Shown: positions 47,102 through 57,297, numbered from the stretch's first letter. The stretch: DNA of 64,000 nt from IMGVR_UViG_3300020179_000005:145702-209701, one strand, 5' to 3'. Translations and numbers: made by a program. The notes: a model not told the origin generated them from the sequence alone.

Positions 47102-47379
47102 GTTCAATAAGGTCTATTTTCTATCGCACAAGTTCGTTTATTAAGAATGTTTCTTGGGACTCTAATAGTGAGGTTCTTTTAGTTCAGTTTTCTAGTGGTT
47201 CTACTTGGATGTATCATGGAGTGCCTAAAGAAGTTTATGAATCTTTAGTTAGGTCTCCTTCTGTTGGAGAGTATTTTAACAAAAATATAAGGAATAAATA
47301 TATTTGTCAAACTATAAATAAAAAGTCGAATATTAAGGAACATAAACAACATGGGAAAGAGAAACAAGAAGAAGAATAA
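47098..47379 (+). CDS. KTSC-domain protein
   Basis: SSFIKNVSWD...LLVQFSSG..Y.GVP..VYESL..SPSVGEYFNKNIR. Confidence 0.85.
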   Translation: MSSIRSIFYRTSSFIKNVSWDSNSEVLLVQFSSGSTWMYHGVPKEVYESLVRSPSVGEYFNKNIRNKYICQTINKKSNIKEHKQHGKEKQEEE

Positions 47380-47536
47380 ATGGAGGAATAAAAATAGGCG
47401 TATACTTTTTGTAGATCTTTCTTGTAAAACAGTCACATCTTCTGAAGTAAATGATATTGCCCACAAGGTTTTTGGTTCTTTGTATTATAGCAGTTCTTCT
47501 GAATCTAGGCTGTAGTATGTTAGACTGTATTGCTAT

Positions 47537-48166
47537 ATGACTACCATAGTGGGTATACAGGGCGATAATTTTTCTGTGGTTTGTTCTGATTCGCGTATAT
47601 CTACCGTTGATGATGAAGGTGTCATTTCTCAAATTACTACTTTGAAAGATGGAAACGGCAAAGTTGCAGTGAATGGAAAGTACCTTTTAGGTGCGGCGGG
47701 AGACATGAGGGCGATTAATCTTTTGCATCATGTTTATCAGCCTCCGGCTGTACCTCCGGCAACGGTCGGTAAAAAGTTAGATCAGTTTTTTACTTCTAAG
47801 GTTGTGCCTTCGATAAGAGAGTGTTTTGAACAACATGGATATGCTTTGCCTGATACCAATGAAAAAAAGCATATAGCAGAGAACGATTCTACTGTTTTGA
47901 TTTCTGTTGCAGGAGTAATATACATACTTGATGGAGACTATTCTTGGACTTCTGATGCGCAGAATTTTTATGCTATAGGCACAGGGTCTTCTTATGCTCT
48001 GGGTGCCTTGCAGGTCATTAGAGGGAAAAGAAAGATATCCATAAATCAAGCTAAGACTTTGGCCCTTAAGGCCGTCAACGTCGCCGCAAGGTTTGATCCA
48101 GGCACTGGAGCTCCTTTTCATACTTTTGTGCAGGAAACGCCTAAAGTAGGCAAGAGACGTAGGTAG
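47537..48166 (+). CDS. proteasome beta/HslV-like Ntn threonine peptidase
   Basis: Met-Thr-Thr N-terminus, DSR, GAAG, AIGTGSSYALG, D..TG. Confidence 0.85.
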   Translation: MTTIVGIQGDNFSVVCSDSRISTVDDEGVISQITTLKDGNGKVAVNGKYLLGAAGDMRAINLLHHVYQPPAVPPATVGKKLDQFFTSKVVPSIRECFEQHGYALPDTNEKKHIAENDSTVLISVAGVIYILDGDYSWTSDAQNFYAIGTGSSYALGALQVIRGKRKISINQAKTLALKAVNVAARFDPGTGAPFHTFVQETPKVGKRRR

Positions 48167-48227
48167 TTTGTGTATAATATCTATTTATAGATTATTATAT
48201 ATTTTAACTATTTTTATGGAGATTTAA

Positions 48228-48536
48228 ATGGCACTTAAAGAGTCTTTGGTTTGCGAAGTTTGTAGTTCTACGTGGACACGGAACAAATCTAGGGGAAGAA
48301 AACCTAGGGTTTGTCCCGAGTGCATTAAAGATAATATCGTATTGCATGAGTGCAGTTCTGTAATGCCTGCTCAGTCTTCAAAAAAAGCTACAAAATGGGT
48401 TTGTCCCCTTTGTGGCAATAGCGTTACTGTGTTTGTGAATTTGGAGTATTCTCCTGTTTGTCAGAATCCCGTGTCACATTCTTCAAGAAAAATTGAAATG
48501 CAAATTAGTGGTCGGCAAGCGCAAGTAGCGGTTTAG
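48228..48536 (+). CDS. Zn-ribbon protein
   Basis: CEVC, CPEC, CPLC. Confidence 0.65.
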   Translation: MALKESLVCEVCSSTWTRNKSRGRKPRVCPECIKDNIVLHECSSVMPAQSSKKATKWVCPLCGNSVTVFVNLEYSPVCQNPVSHSSRKIEMQISGRQAQVAV

Positions 48537-49057
48537 TTTTGTTTTATAGAGTATTGATATAGCATAGTATAACAACTCTTAAACAAAAAGGAAGATCATG
48601 AATGATTTCAATGTTGATTCTGATGATAAAAATATTTCAGAAAAATTTGGCCAAAATATTATAAAGTTTATATCTAATTTGTTTAACATAAAAAATATTG
48701 CGAAAATATTTGAATTATTGTTACTTTTGGTTTTCACTTTGTTTTATCGAAAGAAGCCTTTGGTTGATTGGGAAGGAATGAGAGTGGATTAACAATGGTA
48801 ACCAAAAGTAGCGAATACAACATATATTCAGTAACAGTGCCTATAACCTTGTACGTTGACGCTGCTTCTTCCAATAGAGCAGTCGACGTAGCATTGGAGG
48901 CTATATCTAACCCTTGCAATTTTACCATTGTAAGAAATGCAGAAGTAGATACTGCCAATATAAAGGTACAGAAAACAGAAATATTTTTATTGTAAATCAA
49001 AGTATTGAACTTATCATATAATATTTTCAACATCCAAACAACAAATAGGAGATCATC

Positions 49058-49405
49058 ATGCCGATGGTTGCCAGCACCGAAACACAAGTCATCCAGAACC
49101 CGCAAAAGTTTGCGATGGCAGAGCCGACAAAGCTCGTTACTTTCCTTAAGGGTGAACCACCCTACAACGCAGGACGGGGTCGTCGTCGCAGTCCAGTAAT
49201 TTCTGCGATATACAACGAGTTGATTCGGAACCGCAATGTTTGGGCTCATGTCAACATTCCGATAACCGACAAGAAGACAAAAGCCTCTATAATAGGTTCT
49301 CTTTATGCACGCGCGGCAAAAGACAATCTTGCCTTGTCATCGTCTAGCGTATTCAATGACGCTACAAAGATGTACGATCTTTGGGTAATGGTTTCGCCTA
49401 AGTAA
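49058..49405 (+). CDS. hypothetical protein
   Basis: AGGAG SD. Confidence 0.7.
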   Translation: MPMVASTETQVIQNPQKFAMAEPTKLVTFLKGEPPYNAGRGRRRSPVISAIYNELIRNRNVWAHVNIPITDKKTKASIIGSLYARAAKDNLALSSSSVFNDATKMYDLWVMVSPK

Positions 49406-49422
49406 TAAGCTTCAGTTTTCTG

Positions 49423-49531
49423 CTGTGAGGGTCGTCGTATAAATCTTTAGTCGAAAGATAGATGAGTTCGTACATCTGTCTGTTCCTGGGTTGGGCGACT
49501 ATAGAATTCCTTCCTATGACGATCCTCACAG
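49423..49531 (+). ncRNA. candidate ~110-nt structured RNA with possible pseudoknot
   Basis: 17-bp closing stem (49423-49439 / 49515-49531), two internal hairpins, loop AGTCG complementary to CGACT (49496-49500). Strand is uncertain. Confidence 0.5.
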
Positions 49532-49829
49532 TGGATTGAAATGCTCTTTTTTTTGTTGATTCAAAAAATATTTTTTATATTAGAAATTTAGATTATTGCT
49601 TTATAGTCTTGTTATAGCTCTTGCCACTTGTTTTGCATCTACGATTCCCATAAATGTTTTTGCGCTTCTAGATCCTGCTTTTGTGGAAAGACTGGGTATT
49701 TTTTCTTCAACTACATCTTGAACTTCTGAAGCTACGCCGGAAGAAAGTCGCACTTGATATCTTTCTTGATGCCTATAGTATTCGTCAACAAACGCCTCTT
49801 GTGCTTCTCCTGCCGTCAAAGCGGAGCCG

Positions 49830-50900
49830 TCACCGGAGGAGAAAAAGGTTCTTTGATTTGTCAAAGGTTGTATTATCAATAAATTCTTGTCTCATAGGAC
49901 CCAGCAGGGGGTCCAGATCTCCGTAACCCACGGTCGCCAAATAGGCTGCTCTTGCCCTATAAGAAGCTTCTTCTATAAGGTCATCTGTTATAGGATTATT
50001 AAGATGCACACCATCTAGGTTGAAAAAGTCGGCTGTTTCTCTTGAATAATAATCCATTGATCCTGGCAAGAGATAGTGTGAGGCTAAGTCCATAAATTCT
50101 CGTTCTTTGACCGAGACTGAGCCCGTCTTAAACATATAATCAGAATCGCTTATCGCTTGCCACATGAACGTATCAGCTCTGGCCTCTTCCAATCCTCGTT
50201 CAACTACGGTTTCTAAGAACATTTGTTGCAATCTGTCCACCTGATTACTTATGTATGTGTCGCTCATCGTCATGATACCGCCGTCAAACCTATAATTGTT
50301 ATTGACCATGTCGGCTATATTTTTTGATAGATTTTTTCCAGATCCCAAAAGAACGGAGCCTCGATAAACACCAGCTTGATGACTCGCAGCGTGTCCCATT
50401 TCGTGAAACGGAACGGAAAGACTTATCCTCATTTCGTGCATCGCTGAATAGGTGCGAATGTCGCCGGGCGGTGCGCCCCTATTGATACCTAAGTAGGTTT
50501 CGTCGGGCACGTTGTCGATTAGACTGGGGGTTACATAAAGCTGACTTTGTGCCGTTGTGCTTATTTTGTCAACAAGATTTTCAGAAGAAATAAATCTTTG
50601 AAAGTCTAGGTCAGTTACAGGTGTGTGCTTTGCGCGTCCTGCTCTTCCTTTTATATTTTCACCAAAAACGGCTTCTGTTTCTACGGTTCCTGGATCTGCG
50701 GTTATTATATTGACTGCCCCGCTCAAATTAACCGGTCTGCCCAGTTGAACTGATCCGCTTCTTCCAACTTTTTCAAAAGTTATGTTTCCAAATTTTAATT
50801 CAGAAAGATTTTTATTGAGTTCTTCAACATAAGAAGGGTCAATGGTAGTGTTACGCGTAGCCGTTTTGCCAACTAATATTCTGAAAGTGTTTTCATTCAT
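49830..50900 (-). CDS. protein with HExxH zinc-peptidase motif
   Basis: PFHEMGHAA followed by a downstream EEARAD. Confidence 0.6.
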   Translation of the reverse strand: MNENTFRILVGKTATRNTTIDPSYVEELNKNLSELKFGNITFEKVGRSGSVQLGRPVNLSGAVNIITADPGTVETEAVFGENIKGRAGRAKHTPVTDLDFQRFISSENLVDKISTTAQSQLYVTPSLIDNVPDETYLGINRGAPPGDIRTYSAMHEMRISLSVPFHEMGHAASHQAGVYRGSVLLGSGKNLSKNIADMVNNNYRFDGGIMTMSDTYISNQVDRLQQMFLETVVERGLEEARADTFMWQAISDSDYMFKTGSVSVKEREFMDLASHYLLPGSMDYYSRETADFFNLDGVHLNNPITDDLIEEASYRARAAYLATVGYGDLDPLLGPMRQEFIDNTTFDKSKNLFLLR

Positions 50901-50930
50901 ATAGATACCTAGGCCTCAGATTACTGCTTT

Positions 50931-51692
50931 TTAAATTCTCATAATAAGTTTCGCCAAAGATTTGGCTTCAGATATTCCGGAAAAAGTTCTTTGACTTGAC
51001 GCTGATCCACCTATCGCAATATCAAGTAAGGCTCTTGTATTATATACTCCTTTTTTCATTTGCTTTGGCGTAATTAAGCCCTTTGCTGCGAATTCTTCCA
51101 TTTTGCTACGACCCCTTGAAATAGCTCCCTCTAAAAACTCTGGATCCACCTTACTTGATTTGTCGGATGGCTGAAGAATTGTTGGAACCCCATATTTTAA
51201 AGCAGCCTCTACATTTGACTTAGAATCATCAAACATAGCAACATAATTATATTTGTTTGCAGTTTGTTTCATCCAATTAACTTTCATAGTAGCAGCGGAC
51301 ATATCCTCACCTGCAACCGTATCTGGTCTAAAAAATACTTCATTTGGAACTATACCCATTTTTTCCAACAATCTCATTGTTGGCTCTTGAATTCTTGCGC
51401 TTCTTGCCGTCATTGCATTTAGCGAAATTCCAGATCCCTGTAGCCTTTGCAAAAACTTTATCATTTCTTCATTTGGTTCAATATCTTTAATTGCTAGTTT
51501 TTCCCATTCACCCCAAAATCCTTTTTTCATTGCAATTTCTTGTTTTTCAGGAAAATTAGTAAGTCCAAACATCTTTTTTGCTTCATTAAATGGAATTACT
51601 CTGTCAAATACAGCTGAGTTTTCTGCTGCTTCCATTGCAGGTGAATTAGTATAAACAGTTTTATCAAGATCTAGGGCAATTGCTGGAATCAA
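50931..51692 (-). CDS. HAD-superfamily (PNKP-like) phosphatase-domain protein
   Basis: ALDLDKTV (DxD), MTAR, FRP..K, FDDS. The start is uncertain. Confidence 0.7.
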   Translation of the reverse strand: MIPAIALDLDKTVYTNSPAMEAAENSAVFDRVIPFNEAKKMFGLTNFPEKQEIAMKKGFWGEWEKLAIKDIEPNEEMIKFLQRLQGSGISLNAMTARSARIQEPTMRLLEKMGIVPNEVFFRPDTVAGEDMSAATMKVNWMKQTANKYNYVAMFDDSKSNVEAALKYGVPTILQPSDKSSKVDPEFLEGAISRGRSKMEEFAAKGLITPKQMKKGVYNTRALLDIAIGGSASSQRTFSGISEAKSLAKLIMRI

Positions 51693-51940
51693 TCCAGATC
51701 TCGTGGATATTGAAGTTCGACTACCAATATTAATTAAATTAAATTTATCACCTGGTCCGATATAATCTTCTAGTCTGCGCCATGCCTAAATAGTAATCTC
51801 AAAACAATCTTTATTTTTCCTATATAGGGTAAAATTGGGAAAAATTTTTCGAGGGGTTTTTCATTTTGGAGTTTTTTCCCTATTAGGGGATGTGGTATAA
51901 TTTCTATCACGAAGTCAGATGCTCTGTATGGGGTTAGTAA

Positions 51941-52342
51941 ATGAAACTGCTAGCCCCATACAAGAATGGATTAAATATGGGATTGTTTGATGAAATATAT
52001 TTTGAACCCAGATTGCCCCTACCAAAGGATTTGGACAAAGAATTGTGTCCGGCAATAGAAAAATTTCTTGACGAAGACGTCTTTCAAACCAAAGATTTTG
52101 AGAACGTAATGACAAGATACGTTGTTACTATGAAGGGTGCGCTAAAAGAGATAAATAGATATAGTGAGAATACCAATTTTTATGAAGAATCAGAACCAAT
52201 TTCAATTGACAAAAATATTACGTGCTACGGAATAATAAAGGTTTCTGAACATAAGAACTATTGGCTAGAGTATGAAATTGTTTTCAAAAACGGTATAATG
52301 GTTGGAGCAAAAGTATCTAACTGGCATGAAATGGAAGATTAA
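51941..52342 (+). CDS. hypothetical phage protein
   Basis: ORF containing MGLFDEI..FQTKDF. Confidence 0.6.
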   Translation: MKLLAPYKNGLNMGLFDEIYFEPRLPLPKDLDKELCPAIEKFLDEDVFQTKDFENVMTRYVVTMKGALKEINRYSENTNFYEESEPISIDKNITCYGIIKVSEHKNYWLEYEIVFKNGIMVGAKVSNWHEMED

Positions 52343-52343
52343 A

Positions 52344-52607
52344 ATGACCGATGAAATAAATAATGATCAATATACTCAAATATATAAATCTATTTTTAAT
52401 TCATTAAAAAATGATAAGTTAGAAGAAAAATTTGCTATAACAATGGCAAAAAAATTAACTGATTCAGTTTGGCAAATATGTCTTTTTCTAGGTAGAGAAT
52501 CTAGATCTTATCAAAATACTATTGAAAACATAAAAGAAATAATAAAGAACAGTCTTGATAATAACACTTACGACCTGCACGAAAATGCCGATTGGTTTAT
52601 AAATTAA
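52344..52607 (+). CDS. hypothetical protein
   Basis: ORF. Confidence 0.5.
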   Translation: MTDEINNDQYTQIYKSIFNSLKNDKLEEKFAITMAKKLTDSVWQICLFLGRESRSYQNTIENIKEIIKNSLDNNTYDLHENADWFIN

Positions 52608-52714
52608 TTTTAATCAATTTTTGTACTAAAAATTTTTATATATGTTTTCCAATTTCTCAGAATTTGAAATAATTGGGCAAACAATATGCGAATTATCATA
52701 CTATAATAGTAATT

Positions 52715-52789
<75 letters not shown>

Positions 52790-52792
52790 AAA

Positions 52793-54508
52793 CTAGTGGT
52801 AGTCTTCATCGGGTTCAATTCTAGTTTGCCTATTTCTTTGATATAAGCCAACTCCAACTATACTTGCGGCTCCAGCAAATAAAAGACTTCTTGCATTGGT
52901 GTGTCCTTTAACTGCTTTTTTGGCGGCATCCAGGGACTCTGCAATTTTTTTAGTTGTATTACTAGTCCTCCTTGTAGAATCAGCTGGAGAAGGTATTGGA
53001 GGAGATTTAGGAGCAGTTTCTGCGGCGGTTTCTGCTGCGACCTTTGGAGCAACGTCGTCAGCTTTAGAAACAATGGGCTCTGCTTCGGTTGGCAAATCAG
53101 CTGGTTTACCATGCCTTAATCTTCCCTCTCTTCTTGCTGCTTTTTTTTCTTTTTTTTTGGCATCTCTAGCAGCAAAATCTTCAGCTTGTTTAGCTTTTTT
53201 GGCTGTTGCTCCTGGATTCATTATTTCAACTTGTTGTCGTTTATTCATATCTATTAATTCATCAATAGATTTACCCGGATTTTCTTTTTGTAAATCCTTT
53301 AAAGATCTTCCTCCAACAACTACATTTCTGCCAGAAACTTTTGCCTCATCTAAAATTGCTTGATCAGCAAATGTTTTATTGCTTTCTAATGTATTTCTAA
53401 TTTTTGTAAGCGCTCCATGTGGATCATATTTGCCTGCGTCTTCTACTAAACCAGTTTCCATGCCTAAACGATTTATCGCTGCTACTCTAATATCATTTGG
53501 ATCTAAATTTCTAACTCCAGGTCCAAGTCTTTCATCTAAAATACCACCTTCTCCTTTTATATCTCCAAAATGTGCAAGAAACTTTCTATACAGTTTTTCC
53601 GGATCAGAAGTAAATTCAGTTATTTTTTTATTGGCTGCGTCATCCATCTTTTTAGCTGTGGCTGCACTAGTTGTGAGTCTTCCAGTTTTACCAACTGTTA
53701 CAGATTCTTCGCCAACATTTTTTAATGTAGTTCCTGATCCTGGTGGTGTAGGGCCTACTCTTTTTGTAGCTGGTTTTGGTTGAGGCTTTCTATGAGATGG
53801 ATGTCTTCCCGCTATTTCCTCTGGACTGTGATGACCAAGCTTTTGATATTTTATTCCACCAGTACTTTCATCAAAAACTCCTCCTACTCCAATTTTTTCA
53901 GCTGGAAAACTGTCGGCCTCAAAAAAAACCGATCTTGCAACACCATCTTTGTTACCAATTAAAGGATCCATTTGAAATGAATCTAACATTTCTGGAGTAA
54001 CTTTTGTTCTATAAAGATCTAAAGTGCCACCTTCCTTGAAAGTTTCAGGAGCAAAACCACCGGTTGTGGCATGAGAGGGATCTGTCCAATAAAATATTTT
54101 TCCAGCACCTTGTGGCGCGCGTGGGTCTTTATTAGATACTATTCCTGTTTCAGCAATGTTTTCAGCGTACTTGTTCGGAGCAAAGTGATAAAGATATCCT
54201 TCTTTTTCTATTGCTTCTCTTGTTGCGGGCCTTGCTAAATCATTAGCGTTTTTTTTAGCTTCTGCTTCAGCTTTCATGTTTTCAATCATTTTTTGGGCGC
54301 TCGGATTCTTATCCAGATCAGCATCTGGTCTAGGCCCTGCATCAGCAAACCTTGCCCTAAGATCTTCCATGTTTGGGCCTGCTGTGCTTGGTTGTGTCTC
54401 TGCAGCATTAAATTTTATTGGACCGCTAGATTCGGCCACATCATCGCCTACAAATTTTACTTTACCAAAGTCTTCGCCAAAGTCTATGATCTCATCATCT
54501 GGTGCCAT
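52793..54508 (-). CDS. low-complexity protein with putative ADP-ribosyltransferase-like domain and C-terminal hydrophobic anchor
   Basis: GYLYHFAP...IAETGI...IFYW...LYRTKV resembles the ART-fold 'LYH.T...I...Gl' pattern; C-terminal LLFAGAASIVGVGLY. Confidence 0.5.
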   Translation of the reverse strand: MAPDDEIIDFGEDFGKVKFVGDDVAESSGPIKFNAAETQPSTAGPNMEDLRARFADAGPRPDADLDKNPSAQKMIENMKAEAEAKKNANDLARPATREAIEKEGYLYHFAPNKYAENIAETGIVSNKDPRAPQGAGKIFYWTDPSHATTGGFAPETFKEGGTLDLYRTKVTPEMLDSFQMDPLIGNKDGVARSVFFEADSFPAEKIGVGGVFDESTGGIKYQKLGHHSPEEIAGRHPSHRKPQPKPATKRVGPTPPGSGTTLKNVGEESVTVGKTGRLTTSAATAKKMDDAANKKITEFTSDPEKLYRKFLAHFGDIKGEGGILDERLGPGVRNLDPNDIRVAAINRLGMETGLVEDAGKYDPHGALTKIRNTLESNKTFADQAILDEAKVSGRNVVVGGRSLKDLQKENPGKSIDELIDMNKRQQVEIMNPGATAKKAKQAEDFAARDAKKKEKKAARREGRLRHGKPADLPTEAEPIVSKADDVAPKVAAETAAETAPKSPPIPSPADSTRRTSNTTKKIAESLDAAKKAVKGHTNARSLLFAGAASIVGVGLYQRNRQTRIEPDEDYH

Positions 54509-54605
54509 AATTTACCTCTTATGTTGATAGTAACATATATATATTGCGCAAGGCAATTAAATATGTTACTATATATTAATAATTCTCAAATTATGGAGAT
54601 TAAAA

Positions 54606-55028
54606 ATGTCTAATCACTGGCTATCAGATATTAACTATCAAAAAAGCGTAGCTAAAAACATTAGTGAAGCCGCTAAAAAGGGATCTTCAAAAGCCATGCC
54701 ATGTTGCGACGTATCAGATATGGACAGAGTAAGAATGTCCGCCGCCGAGAGAGAATTTGCTAATAGCTTATTGTCGATTGCTCAAAAGTACGGAAAGCTT
54801 TCCGACATGGACAACAACGGAATATGGGTTGGATATGTTTCCAAAGCTGAGAACGACGACTACGATATAGGTGTGCGTTGCGAGAACTGTGTACTGCACG
54901 AGTCAGAGTCCGTATGTAGAATTATTAAACAAAAGATAGAGCCAGGCGGACGCTGCCGTTTAGCGGCCATACCAGACGGATTGGTTAATATTGGTATGGA
55001 CGAAGAAGATATGGACGATGAAGACTAA
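54606..55028 (+). CDS. Cys-motif protein (HiPIP-like C-terminal pattern)
   Basis: RCENC..C.II...I.PGGRCR. Confidence 0.5.
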   Translation: MSNHWLSDINYQKSVAKNISEAAKKGSSKAMPCCDVSDMDRVRMSAAEREFANSLLSIAQKYGKLSDMDNNGIWVGYVSKAENDDYDIGVRCENCVLHESESVCRIIKQKIEPGGRCRLAAIPDGLVNIGMDEEDMDDED

Positions 55029-55033
55029 TCTTC

Positions 55034-55294
55034 ATGAAAGTTTGGATTGACCAAGACCTATGTACTGGCGATGGCCTGTGCACGGAACTAGCTCCGGCTG
55101 TATTCATGATGCATTCGGATGGACTTGCATACGTCAAGGATCCGAGCTGGCCAAATTTGCTTGGCCCAGATGGGAAAGGAAACGAACCAAAGCTAAAAAT
55201 GACAGCAACGACCGAGTTTCCCGACACAATGCTTGATGAAGTTATTCAGTCGGCCGAAGACTGTCCTGGTGAATGCATTTTTATAGAAGAATGA
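55034..55294 (+). CDS. ferredoxin (single-cluster, actinobacterial type)
   Basis: MKVWIDQDLCTGDGLC..AP.VF...AEDCPGECI. Confidence 0.9.
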   Translation: MKVWIDQDLCTGDGLCTELAPAVFMMHSDGLAYVKDPSWPNLLGPDGKGNEPKLKMTATTEFPDTMLDEVIQSAEDCPGECIFIEE

Positions 55295-56133
55295 ACGCTC
55301 AACATCCTGTCGATGACAAAGATCAAATTGATCTATTGTCTAAGAGAAACAAGAAACGTTTTGGCAAGCTTTTGGATGGTTTATCACAAAAATATTCTGG
55401 AGTTGAAACAGAAAATTTTGAACTAAAAACAAAGAACGAAGAGCTTGAAAAAAAGCTACAAGAAGCTACATCGCCAAAAGAAATACAAAAAAAAGAACTA
55501 TTATCAGAGTATGAATTAGCCTATAAGGAATATCAGGGAGCTCAAACAAATTATCAAGAAACAAAAGAACAACTTTATCCTCATTCTTCTAATACCTCTA
55601 ATTACGGATCAGAAATCATTTGGTTTTCAGTTGTAGTTGGTTTAGTTTTTGATTTTTTATTATGGAAAGATATTTTTGTTGGTAAATTTGGAGAAGATAT
55701 TTGGGCCGAAAGAGCCGAAAGGGCCTCCGCTGTTATCATGTCTTTTTCTTACGCTTTTGTATGTGCTCAACTAGGTGCAGCCTATGCAATAAGAATGCTC
55801 GTAAAAAAAAGAAAAAACAAACAAGATACAACTGACAAAGAAAAAGAAGTTTACAATAAATCAACGGCAAAAAATACAATGGGAATAAATTCTGTATTAT
55901 TCTTGCTCTTGACAACACTTGCTACTGGAGCGAGATTTAGTCAACAAGAACTTGACTACTCAGACAAATTTATACTATCATTAGCTGCGACAACAATTGG
56001 ATTAGTGATATCTGCTATAGCTTACTGGTATACTGATGTGTATGATCACTTTATAAAAGCCGCAAAAAACAGAGAATCAATGGCTAGAAAAAACTTTATT
56101 AAAGCTAGTAAAAAGGTAGAAAAAAATTCATGA
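55291..56133 (+). CDS. coiled-coil plus four-TM membrane protein
   Basis: Four hydrophobic segments. Confidence 0.7.
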   Translation: MNAQHPVDDKDQIDLLSKRNKKRFGKLLDGLSQKYSGVETENFELKTKNEELEKKLQEATSPKEIQKKELLSEYELAYKEYQGAQTNYQETKEQLYPHSSNTSNYGSEIIWFSVVVGLVFDFLLWKDIFVGKFGEDIWAERAERASAVIMSFSYAFVCAQLGAAYAIRMLVKKRKNKQDTTDKEKEVYNKSTAKNTMGINSVLFLLLTTLATGARFSQQELDYSDKFILSLAATTIGLVISAIAYWYTDVYDHFIKAAKNRESMARKNFIKASKKVEKNS

Positions 56134-56627
56134 ATGACAAATTAAGAAAAATAGTTGCCAGATCTGCAACTGCGCTAGTAGCCTTGGGCATTTTGGCTTA
56201 TATATTTTGGCCAGAGTCGCAAGAAATAGTCGAAGAGGTAGTCGAAACAACAATTGTTGAAACGACAACTACATCAGTAAAGATTGATGAATCTCCATGT
56301 CTAGTTCTTTTTATAAAAGACTCCGACAAATTTTTGATGGAGCAAACAAATTGCATTGACACATATGTAGATAGAGTTAACTCCGGATTCTATACTAATC
56401 TTAAACTGATTTGTAGATCTTCTGGAGATGGGCAAAGAACCAACAGAGAAGAGCTTTCGCAAAAAAGAGCAAAGGCTCTTGAATTTAATTTGATGAAGTT
56501 GGGAGTAGATTTTGAAAAAATAAAGTCTGAAGCCATAGCCGACGACTCCCCATACGCTGGCGTAGATCCCACTACTGAAGAAGGTAAAGTTTTAAATAGA
56601 TCATGTGAAATAACCGGATTAAAATAG
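56130..56627 (+). CDS. membrane-anchored OmpA/MotB-like peptidoglycan-binding protein
   Basis: N-terminal TM; N..LSQKRA..L...GV..I....DDSP...NRSCEI. Confidence 0.7.
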   Translation: MNDKLRKIVARSATALVALGILAYIFWPESQEIVEEVVETTIVETTTTSVKIDESPCLVLFIKDSDKFLMEQTNCIDTYVDRVNSGFYTNLKLICRSSGDGQRTNREELSQKRAKALEFNLMKLGVDFEKIKSEAIADDSPYAGVDPTTEEGKVLNRSCEITGLK

Positions 56628-56842
56628 GAGCTTATATGAATTTTAATATTGATGAAGCTATAAAAGAACTGACAAAAGAGTTAAAAGAACTTAAAAAAAT
56701 AAAGAAAGAAATTTTAAAAGCTGATAAAGAAATTGCCAAATGGGAAAAAGTATTAGCTAAATACGACGTTAAAGAAGCTGATTCTGTTGACACAGCGGGT
56801 TTGTAGTTAATTAGTTACTATACTCTTGATTATTAGTCAGGA

Positions 56843-57106
56843 GTGATAATGGAACAGTTAAAGAATATACTACTTAGGATAGTTGCGACCTTTGCCGCAT
56901 CAGGTTTGGGTGTGGTTGGCGCGGGCACGATAGCTGGAGTGCCAATTTGGAAGGCTGTATTTATGGCTGGCATAGCGGGTGTGGCCACGGTCGTAGAGGG
57001 ATTGTCACGTGCATTTCTGGACGATGGCAAACTGAGTGCCAAAGAAATCAACGAAGTATTCAACAAGGTGGACAAGAAGGCAAAGAAAGTCGCTGATGCA
57101 GAATGA
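56843..57106 (+). CDS. holin-like membrane protein
   Basis: Two TM segments, charged C-terminus, upstream of the lysin. Confidence 0.55.
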   Translation: MIMEQLKNILLRIVATFAASGLGVVGAGTIAGVPIWKAVFMAGIAGVATVVEGLSRAFLDDGKLSAKEINEVFNKVDKKAKKVADAE

Positions 57107-57297
57107 AAAAAGCGATAGTAGCGGTGGCTATTTTGCTTTTATCTGGATGTGGATACGATGGAAGTTATCGCTACTCATGTCAAGATCCCATAAACTGGGA
57201 AAATGAAGAGTGCAATCCGCCGATATGCAAAGTTGATGGTGCGTGCTCAAAGGATCTTATTGGATTCGATTGGGAGGAAGAAACAGATGAGAAATAA
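57103..57297 (+). CDS. small lipoprotein
   Basis: MKK..hydrophobic..LSGC lipobox. Confidence 0.65.
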   Translation: MKKAIVAVAILLLSGCGYDGSYRYSCQDPINWENEECNPPICKVDGACSKDLIGFDWEEETDEK

